Of a stretch of 36,224 nt of DNA, positions 26,783 through 36,224 are shown piece after piece. The DNA is from Microthyrium microscopicum (lineage: Eukaryota), in NCBI GenBank assembly GCA_010405405.1, contig MU004232.1, forward strand, positions 2,735,038 through 2,771,261, in the 5' to 3' direction. Every line of letters begins with the position of its first letter. The first letter of the stretch is position 1. A model generated the notes under the pieces. The model ran no database searches. It was not told where the DNA came from and was given only the letters and a program-made list of their open reading frames with translations. The translations under genes were made by a program, and so were the position numbers.

Positions 26783-28702
26783 CTATAATAATAAAGGTAG
26801 ATAAATATTATCTAATTAGTAACTAATCTATAAAAGTCTCTCTTTTCTTTAAATCTTTATAATCCTATTTTTAAGTTATATATTGTCCTCTAAGTCTATA
26901 AAATAATCTTTAGAGTAGTAGGACTCTATAAAAAGTAAGCTACGTAGATAGAGGTTCTCTAATAGTAGATACTAGTCTATTTTCTTCTCTATATAATATA
27001 GAGTCTCTTAAATTCTTTAATTAAATCTAATAGATTTTAATAATTAAGTAAAAAATATATAGAGGTTATTTTATAGAATATTCTTTAAGATATATTAAAT
27101 CTTATTTTTTATCTCCTTTAATACGCTTAGACTATAATAAAGGCGTATTATCTATAGAACAAAACTAAGCATAATATTTATATATAGGTAGATATTTTGC
27201 TTATTAATTCGTACTAATATAATAGTAAGCATACTAAGGAAAAGCTAAGATAATAATTAAATTAATTTCTTAGTATAATTATTAGTATGTACGTTTAAAT
27301 ACGTATCTAGCGGGGCTAATACGTAAGCTCTTATCTTTTAAGTTAAATTAAGCAGTACTAATTTAGCTAAGTAGAAGGCTTATAATAGTTTCGTAGGATT
27401 ATCAAACTAGAATAAGTTAGTAATAGTTATTCCTTTAATAAATACGCCTACTAAGAGCTATTTTTAGTTAAATAGCTAAATACTAAGAAGTTAAAGAAAC
27501 CTATTTATTAAATATATTTCTAGGATATCTTATTTATAGAAATTCTTTATAATTATTTCTAGGAATGCTACGTTTAATTTTAATAAAAGGTTTATATCTT
27601 ATTTGTATAGAACTAGATTAATAATATACTTTACTAGACTTCTATATATTAGAAGAAAAAGATTAATAGAGATTATAGCTTTTATAAAAAGAAAGATCTT
27701 ATAAAGAATACCTTTAGATATAAGAGTAAGGTTATAGTATAGGTAGCTCTAGCTAGGAAGTTAATTAATCTCTATAATAAACTAGAAAGTTATAATATTT
27801 ATCTAGATAATACAATATTTAGATATCCTATTTTTTAAGGCTAATCTAGAAATAGATAGGTTACTTAGAAGCTCTATCTAGTATAGTATAAAGAAAGGTA
27901 CTAATTCTAAGAGGTAGCCTAAAAATCTAAAGACTAGCTAAAAATAGTAAATTACCTACTCTTTAGAATTAGGTAGACACTTTAAGAGAGTATCTAGAAA
28001 GGTATAAATATTATACTTCTAGAGCCTTATAATTATATAGTACTTATATATTACTTAATTTAATAAATTTAATACTTTTAACTTTTAGGATAGTAGCAAA
28101 AAATCATAATAACTATCTAATAATTTTTTATATTTATATATTAAGTTTTACTATATATTATACGTTATTTAGTTTTAGTAGCTAGTAATATATAAGATAG
28201 CTTTAACGTATTCTTGTTTAAAAAGACTAATTTAATAATAAAAGTCTCTAATAGCATTATAAAGATTTATTTATAAACTTAATGAAGTAGATAGAAGTAA
28301 ATTAATTCCTACTACCTAAGAAGTAGTAACTTCCTAGTTTTGTTTAGGCGTTAAAGATTATAGATCTATACCTTTAAATTCATTTATAGTTTCTATTATA
28401 AAAGACGCGTCTTTAAGATTTATTAGTTCCTAAAGTATATTAGTAGAGATATATTATTAATAAATACGAAATACTAACGAGTTATAAGTAATCCTATACT
28501 ACCTACTATTTTAGTATAATAAGACCCTCTATAAAATTGCCTTATAAATATGGAATTTCTAGTTACTTTAAATCCTATAGGGTCTATATTTAGGCCCTTA
28601 GTAGTAGAGATTATAATAATATTAAAATAAAGTACTAGAGTGCCTTTTTTAGCTTCTAGGAGCTTTTTCTAGTTAGTAAATTCTAGAACTCTATTTATAT
28701 AT
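26783..28702 (-). pseudogene. Est1/Ebs1/SMG7-like (14-3-3-like TPR, Est1 DNA/RNA-binding type) protein, RIP pseudogene
   Basis: De-RIP gives WQNLMHEHEKLLDSYYDFLL…KYHMIVRLWKYDIHTFLDTL…LP…LLESVPFFVPYWMELLGDLSISRLALE…LPGQSHLYYNLA…NIYPHVNIMLSFV…NIPWNNL…ENLYLRGL…RKERLLWIG. This is colinear with the Pezizomycotina Est1-like family pattern as I recall it (WQALIALHRTLLHEHHDF…RMWRHGIHSFLELL…WIECLGDL…GRLYHHLA…ERILWLG). Confidence 0.88.
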
Positions 28703-28789
28703 CTAAATATATACTTATTTAGAATAGCTTATTATAGAAAGATAGGTATTTTCTTTTATAGTAAGATAATAACTTTTAAATTAGTATAA

Positions 28790-30505
28790 TTACTTTATAG
28801 TTATTATCTTCTTATTTATTTCTTAGATATTACTATTAATATACTATAAAGCTATCTACTAGTTTAGGATTTCTTAATTATACTATATATAGTATTCTAT
28901 TCTCTTTGCTATATATTTTATACTATATAAATAAAGTATAATAGATTTTTAGTAGATTTTATTAATTTACTATAAGTTAAATTTAGTTATTAGATTAGCT
29001 GCCTAATACTTATTTTAGATTTAGTAACTTAGCCTTTAAGCTATATTTTCTATTCATTGTTAGATTAAGCAAGTTTAAAGTAGTTAGCTATTTTGTTTAG
29101 TTTTTTCTTAATTTTTAGTTTATATATATTATAATTAGGTATATTATTCTAATAAGAAACTACTATAAAGCAACTCTTTAGTCTATATTCTTTATAGTTA
29201 TAGGGGTATATTTTCTATATACGTTAGGCTATTATTTTCTTAATAATAGGAAGTATTTAACAGCCTATTAAACGGGCTAGATTTTATAAATACTTATAGG
29301 TTAGGTATTATTATGTTTTCTTTAGAAGTATAGCTATATAAAGGGATAATCTCTAAAAATCTAGTAGGTTTCCTCTTTACTTTAGGACCTTTTACTAATC
29401 TAAAGTACTTAAATAGGTTAATAAGGCTACTAGGTATACTAAGTATAATAGGTATATTTCTATAGAGATATTTAAACGTACTATAGTACTAGTTATATAT
29501 TATCTCCTAGCCTAGTTTAATTCTTCTACTTTTTACTATAAGTCTAGAATTATTATATCTTTTTACCTATATTTAGATAGATTAAAGGATTTTTATTAGG
29601 AGAGTTAAGAAAAAATAGAAGGTTTATTAAAAGCTTATAAGTTTAGGTCTTACCTTTATAAAGGATTTATATATACGTGTAAGACTTTAAATAAGAACCT
29701 AAATATTTTTATTTATTTTACTTTTTATTAAAATAGAGTAGGTATTTATTACTTAGGTAGTTATAATAAATAAGTTGCTTTATAATACTTTAAAAGAATA
29801 GATTACTTATAATCTTTTTACTTTCTATCTTAGATTCTAATTTCTAACATCATTAAACTCGTTTTATATCGTATTTAATAAGTAAATAAGAATAATTATT
29901 TATTTAAAGCTATAGCTAGTTTAGGAGTAGGCTATTAACTAGTTTCTATATAATTTATACTTAAAATATTAATAACGTAGCGCTATTATATGTAATAGAA
30001 GTAGCACTAGAAATAGAGAGAATCTACTTACTATCTTGTTTCTATCTAGTACTATACTATATTAATATCTGTACTACTTAGTCGTTCTTATTATTAATAA
30101 GTCTCTATACTTTTTTATTACTTACTATAACTTATATATTTTTTATTATACTTATATAGTTATACTATAGCTAGAATATATTAAATTATGCTTATTACTT
30201 CTTACTTAGGCTTAGGAGTATATTCTATAAATACTATAGCTAAGACTTCTTACAAACTAGCTATCTTATTATATTATTCTACTTATAGCTATATATTTAC
30301 TTTGTAGTTTATTTAGATTATACCTAAAATATTTATAAAAGCTAAGCTAATAGATTAGATAAATATACTCTTTATTTTATTAAACTTTATTTAGATTTTC
30401 TAATAAAGCGCTTAGAATGTCTCCTTACTTAATATATTTAGTAACTATATACTTACGCTTTCTAAGAGATATGAAACTAGACTCTTATTAAGGATCTAAA
30501 GCCAT
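28790..30505 (-). pseudogene. Intron-containing RIP-degenerate hypothetical gene
   Basis: A surviving ATG at 30503-30505 opens MASDPQQESSFISLGKRKH…; gtaagt and gtaaga donors lie near 30030 and 29653; downstream exons read protein-like. No family recognised. Confidence 0.35.
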
Positions 30506-30659
30506 AAGGTATACTAAGAGATTAATTTTATATATATTAATATACTTAGGCTATAGGGAAAAAGTAAAAATCTAGAACTATTTAAGCTAGTAAGCTTAGT
30601 AAACGTAAGACTATAAATAACGTTAACGAACTCTATAGAAAATATAATATAACTAAAGT

Positions 30660-31400
30660 ATTAAACGTAATTAATAAGTAGGTAAAATCTTCTAAATTCT
30701 TTTATAGAGGAGTTATTATAAGTAAATAACCTTAAACGTCCTTTAGGATAAATAGGATTAATAATACTTATATACCTAGTTATTAATATTTAGTATAAAT
30801 AATTGTATTATAAACTTAATAGAACTTAATAGTTTTAAGATCTTTACTAGAGACTATGCTAAAATAGCTCTAAATATTATAAAGATATATATAATAGTTT
30901 TATCTATACCTTTAAGAGAAGACCTTTTATTAGATAGCTATAGCTACTATACTATTAGTTATACTTAAAAATACTTCCTATTATATAAGGTCCTTAAACC
31001 TATTTAAGGCTTAGTTCTATATACTAAGGCTTAGAAAGAGTTTAAGCTATCTTAACTTTATAAGGAATAGATAGAACTATATAAAATTAGTAATAATAAG
31101 TTTCTATTTTTAATATAGATATATTAAACTAAACCTTTATTAAGATATCTACTTCTTAGCGGCTAAATATAATAAGCTTAGTACTATTCTTCTTCTACTA
31201 CTTAATAAAGCGCTTAGAGTTTTTTTAAAGTAAGCTAAGTACGAAACAAAGAACTTATAATTATTAGTCTTTTATAAAGCTTTAAGTAAAAGCGCTTCTA
31301 CTACTATAACTCTTAATAGAAAAAGCATATCTATATATAGTATTCGTACTATTTTGTACTTTAGCTAAAATAATATTCTAGCTACTTATAAGCTTAAGGC
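30660..31400 (-). pseudogene. RIP-degenerate hypothetical gene
   Basis: Minus frame …LQVLCFVLSLLQKNSERFVE…IVDPIHPEGRSRLFTH…. Confidence 0.3.
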
Positions 31401-31587
31401 TTATAAAAATATAAAAAGAAGTAAAAGGCTAATAAAGCTAAAAAAGCTAAGAATAGCACGTAGAAGGTTAAAGATTAGTAGATTATAATGAAATATTAGT
31501 ATAGTTTATAGTTCTTATTCTTTTTAATAATAAAATATAATAATATAGGTTGCTACTAGCTTAAAATCCCTAAAAATAAAAGTAAAA

Positions 31588-32185
31588 ATGAAATAAATTC
31601 TTAAATTCTAAGATACTATAATAGATAACGCTTTATTAACTTTTTTAAGCTAAGGAATAAAAGAGTTTATAATAAACGCTAGTATCTTTAAAAGTAAAGC
31701 TTTAAGTAGATTTTAATAGGTAGAAAGCTAGGAATAGTCTAATAACTTAGGATATTTAATATATATATACTTAATAGTAAGTAAAACTCTTATTAGAATT
31801 AGAATAAGTATATTTACTAAGGATATAGAAAGACTCATAGCTTCTAAGTAAATAGCTTATAAGAGGGACAATTATATACTTAGTATATTTGTCGTACTAG
31901 GGATATTAAACTTATCTTAAAGTCTAAATATAATTATATTTAATAAGTAGTTTAATAAGGTAACTAGAGATAGCTTTTTATACTATTAAAGGTATAAATA
32001 AATTTATTTTCTTACTTATAGGAACTAAAAAAAACTTAAAAGATTTACTATTTACTTTAATAAGAATATAGAGTAGTATATAGTTATATATTAAAATAAT
32101 AGCTATATAAAGAATTAAAATATAAGTACGAGATATAAATTATATAATTATTAAATTGTATCTTCTTCTCTCTTAAAGCAGTAGT
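31588..32185 (+). pseudogene. RIP-degenerate hypothetical gene
   Basis: Surviving ATG at 31588; frame …EEFVVNAGIFESEAL…ERDNHVLGVFVVPG…. Confidence 0.35.
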
Positions 32186-32520
32186 AGTAGTATATATAAT
32201 AGGATTCTATTTATATTATTAGCTAATTCTAGCTCTAGAGCCTAATCTAGCTTCTGAAGCTATATCTAGATTTTAGTCTTTTTAAAATAAGGAGAGACTA
32301 GATCCTTATTGTATATGTACTTAGCTTTATAGTCTAAATATCTAAATATATTATTTAGGCCTTAAGCTCTAATTAGCCTAGTTACTAAAAAAGGAGAGCT
32401 ATTAATATAGTATAATTTACCTATAAATTAGAGATATATAGAAAACTTCTTTAAATATTTAAATTAGATTATAGAACTAATTTAATAAAGCATTTAATAT
32501 ATTTTTATAGATAACTTAAG

Positions 32521-35500
32521 ATAGTTATCTAGAATAAAACTAGAAGAACCTCGCTAGAGCTAATTAAAGAGCGGGATAAACGCTAGGTCGCTTTTATATA
32601 GAACGTAATAAATAATGCTAGTAGCTTAAAACTTTCTACTTTAATTAATTAGTAACTTCTTAAGCTTAAAGTAGAATAGTAAGGAAATTACTTAGTCTTT
32701 AATCTAGTTTAGTATAGTTGCAAGTTTAGAATCACTATAGGCTTATATTTCTAGTACTAGAATATAATTAACCTTATTTAATAATAGTTCTAGCCTCTAA
32801 AGATTAATATCTAGGTAATAAAACTTATTACTAGTTTTAGGCTTTCTATTACTTATAATAGCTTGCTAGTCTTTTTAACCTTATATAGTTTTCTAGAATA
32901 CTTAGAAATAACGTAATATATAGCTATTCTTTAAGGAATCCTAATATCGTAAAATAAAGTTATTATAATCTAGCTAAAAGTATCCTATATCTAAAGAGAC
33001 TACTAAATATAGCTTATTTATATTTAGGAATATTACTTCTGCTTCTACTAGAGTAATATATATTAGATTATTTTAAAGAATATTAGTATTTTAATATATA
33101 TTATATCTATATATATTTTTAGGAGTAAAAAACCTATATAGAAAATTATATAATTAGCTTTATAGAATAAGAAAAGAGATTTTAGCTTTATCCTAGGGCT
33201 ATAGAAATAGATCTAGCGTTATAATACTTTAGCTTTATATATATATTAAGATAAAAGATACATATAGTTTCTATAATAGTACCTTATATAATTATTTTAT
33301 TTTTATAGCCTTATATCTTATAGTATTTAGTACTATGTTAGAAAAGAGTTAGACTATAAATACTATAACTATTAAAATAAGTACTAATAATATTATAGTT
33401 TATAAAAATATAAAGACGTAGTTTATTAAGAGTTATAATAAGAATTACTATTTTAGTCCCTACCTTAATTATAGGTAATATATTAGTTATAGTAATAGCC
33501 TTAAAGGCTTTCTATAAGGTACTTTTAATATTAATTATAGAGTAGAGATAATCTATAAATATAGCTATTAGATAATAGAATATAAATAGAAGTTATAAGC
33601 TAAGTAGTGTTTATCTCTTAAAAGTAGTAGTAGTATATAATTTAAATATACTAATAGCTTAATATATTAGCTAACCTTACAATAAAGTTAAAGTAATATT
33701 TGCTTCTAAAAATTTTAAATCTATATATATAATATTAGGGAAAATAGAGCTAATTTAAACTTATACTAATTATAAGTTAGAAGATTCATAAGATAGAAAG
33801 TAGTAGTTAAAGATAGTCCTATAGTAGTTTAATAAAAGTAAGTAGAAGAATTCTATGTACGCTACTTCTATTAATATATAGTATTATAAGAATAGTAATT
33901 AAAGGATAAGTTTTAATATAGATATTATTTATTACGTTATTATAAAGTAGATATATAGTAATCTAGAATAAGAATAGGTTATATAATTATATATTTAACA
34001 TAAATATTATTATATAAATCTTATAGAGTAAATATCTATAAGGTAAAGTATATTATAGTTAGTAACGTAAGTATATTAAGTAAGTTTTAAGAGTATATAG
34101 CTTTAACTAGAAATTCTTAAACTTAATAATAGTAGTAGTATAGATTTTAGCTATTAGCTTAGTTTTAAGAAGAAATATAAGTTGCTAAAAGTACGTCTCT
34201 ATTTATACTTAAAGTTATTATAAAAATATACTTAATAGAATTATTAATTTTGGCGTATCTATAAGCTTTATTATAATATAAAGTTTAGAGATTATTTTTC
34301 TATAAAGCGTTTATAAGATAATACGTAAGGAGAATACTATTCTTTATTAGTATTTATTAATAGTAAGTAACGTAATTAAAGGCTTAACTTATAAGGAACG
34401 TTAAGAGGATAAAAGTTTAAGAATATTAAAAATGCTATTATTAGAATACTAAAATTAAATAATATATTAGAGTTTTTTATAAATTTTAAGAATGTTATTA
34501 CTTAATTTAAGTATTAACTTAATAGCAAATTTGTTTACTAAGATATTATAATAAAGTCTAAGGAACGTAATTTATTTAGATAGAACTATTTATAAGTTAA
34601 TATAAAGAACTTATTAAAATAATAAGTAGTTAATAAATAAAAAGTTTTAAATCATTAAATCTAATAAGCTTTGCTTATATTTATAAAAAGAGTATTAACT
34701 CATCTAAACGTAATATTACTATTACTCTACGTAATAAGATAAAGTACTTAGAATTTATTATAGAATCTATATTTATACTTTTTTTAAATTAGATTTAGAA
34801 CTTAAGTATAAGTCTCTCTTTCTATTCTTTAAGTATACTTATTTAGTACTATAATTATACTAGGAAAGAGTATTTATAAAAGTATAATAAGTATAGGAGT
34901 TTTAATCTAATTTATTAGTTACTCTATAATACTTATAATACCTTTTACGTCTATTATAAAGAAGATAAAGTTTATAGTAAATAAAAAAAAAAGCTAAGAA
35001 TAGATATATAATAATAAAATAGTAATAATACTTAAGGTCTAGAAGTTATATTTTTTAATAAAGTAGTAAAGCTTATTAGTATAGCTTCTTTATAATATTA
35101 TACTTCTTTAAGAGATATCTCTATTTATAACTAGAATTAGTATATTTAGTAGTTAAAATCTAAATTCCTTAAAGAGGTAAATCTCTCTATATACTTTTTA
35201 GCTATCTAGGTAAGTATAATATAGTAAAATCGTTTATAGAAAGTAAATCTTATTAGTATTACTAATAAAAACTAAAAATACTAGTCCTTTAGTAGTATAA
35301 GACTTATTATATAGTAGTTACTTTAGTCTATTTAAATAAATAAATAAAGCTTAGCTATTCTTACTAGATATTCTTAGCTATAAATTATATAGATAGCTAT
35401 TTATTCTAGGATGTTCTTATAACACTAAATAAGGTAAGTAGTCTTAAACTTTTAACTTATAAATAAGAACTAAAAAGGCTTCTAAAAATACTATAATAGA

Positions 35501-36224
35501 TAGTAAAGCCTAATTTAGTACTTTTATTAGTTTTCTAGGCTATAAGTAACTCTATAACTATTTACTATAGTTTTTAACTTATAATTAACTATTAATATAT
35601 CTTAATAAGTTAAAGACTATATAACTATATAGAAAGTAACTTAATTATTTTAGACCTTTTCTAGATTTTATACTTATTTACTCCCTATTTAAATCTAAGA
35701 TTTAAAGTACTAAAATAGAGTAGTCTAGTAAGCTAAAATTTGCCTAAACTAAGTATACTTATATCCTTTATAGAAAGTTTAGATTAGCTAGGTTTTATAA
35801 GAGCTACCTAATATTATTTAGATATTTTATAATATTTAGTATTTATACTAGATTAGTATACTTACAAGCTCTAAGAAATATAATTAATAATAGTATTTAG
35901 CTAAGCTTTCTTATACTCTACTATTATTACTATTACTATTATAAATTAATTAGTAGAGAATTAGTTTAAAAAACTTTGCTAATTTTTAAGCTTTCTACTT
36001 AGTATATTTAAGCTACTAAAATACTAGCTAGGAGCTTCAAAATACTTATTAATTAGAAGTAATTTTCTCTAAGTCTTATTTTAATTTAAGAGGATATAAC
36101 TTAGTAAAGAGTAAATATAGATATAACTTTATAGAGGTTTTAAGTATTAGTAGATAGTCTTATATAGTTAAGTTACTACTATAGCGTGCAAAGAAAGCTA
36201 TAGGTTAGTATATTAATACTATCT
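32521..36224 (+). pseudogene. Large multi-intron hypothetical gene, truncated by right edge (RIP pseudogene)
   Basis: Candidate introns at 33838-33881 (gtaagt…tag), 34067-34110 (gtaagt…ttaactag) and 34191-34238 (gtacgt…tag). Exons read SFDVDI…(possible 1-nt frameshift near 33930)…IHEVKHIVVGN…IFLQSVYK…LYQHL…GIHIYTFFK…FPF…LSRRR, and one register then continues to the window end. The 32521-33837 part may be a separate gene. Confidence 0.55.

Larger units (their letters stand above)
1..36224. repeat. Heavily RIP-mutated (repeat-induced point mutation) AT-rich fungal region
   Basis: CA and TG dinucleotides are very rare throughout, TA/TAG/TAA/CTA/TTA dominate, and CG (acgt, gcg) persists. Conserved protein motifs are recoverable using C>T/G>A reversals (e.g. 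minus-strand tat taa gat att aag cct aat aat att ctt = HRDIKPDNIL). Judged by eye; indices not computed. Confidence 0.96.
1..36224. mobile_element. Probable interior (cargo/core region) of a RIP-inactivated, gene-rich giant element or large segmental duplication; boundaries outside window
   Basis: Uniform RIP across about 20 closely packed non-TE gene relics implies the block was present in at least two copies. No transposase, recombinase, RT, TIR or LTR was recognised, so mobility itself is inferred. Confidence 0.55.

Noticed and set aside
26790..27330. Alternative minus-strand frame that seemed to extend the 22.6-25.5 kb ORF into one giant gene
   Set aside because: A different frame here carries clear Est1-like C-terminal motifs, and 25650-26640 reads better in a third frame. 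RIPed DNA can look protein-like in wrong frames, which also limits confidence in the orphan calls.
1..36224. Alternative genetic code (TAA/TAG read-through) or AT-rich organellar/protist DNA
   Set aside because: In-frame stops fall at positions needing Gln, Trp and Arg alike, and invariant residues show D>N, G>R/S/K and H/C>Y changes. This fits directional C>T/G>A mutation, not recoding. Spliceosomal introns indicate nuclear fungal DNA.
1..36224. LTR/LINE retrotransposon, DDE transposase, Helitron or DUF3435 captain remnants
   Set aside because: No RT (YxDD context), integrase, RNase H, Rep/helicase or tyrosine-recombinase motifs were recognised in the frames I read. Not every frame was examined exhaustively, so absence is not proven.
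1..36224. CRISPR arrays, tRNA/rRNA genes, microsatellite arrays
   Set aside because: No regularly spaced repeats or structured RNA signatures were seen. Short (TA)n and (TAG)n runs are expected RIP by-products.

Overview
The whole window is extremely AT-rich DNA in which CpA/TpG are nearly absent, TpA is everywhere and CpG survives. This is the signature of saturating repeat-induced point mutation (RIP) in a filamentous ascomycete, and I found no intact gene. Reversing C>T/G>A by eye did not reveal the usual retrotransposon or DDE-transposon debris. It showed a tightly packed array of about 20 dead, partly intron-containing protein genes. Recognisable relics are an FHA-like + Ser/Thr kinase + 3x KilA-N/APSES-like fusion (1614-4839, -), a C2H2 zinc-finger gene (~16700-17649, -), a BCS1-like AAA ATPase (19427-20851, -) and an Est1/Ebs1/SMG7-like gene (26783-28702, -). 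There are also two large, possibly paralogous unknown genes (5101-8255 and 32521->36224, +), a ~950-codon single-frame unknown (22650-25520, -) and many small orphans. RIP acts on duplicated sequence, so I infer this block is the interior of a once multi-copy, gene-rich giant element (Starship-type cargo or an undescribed class). No mobilisation gene or element boundary was recognised. All protein readings are manual de-RIP reconstructions, and gene ends are approximate.
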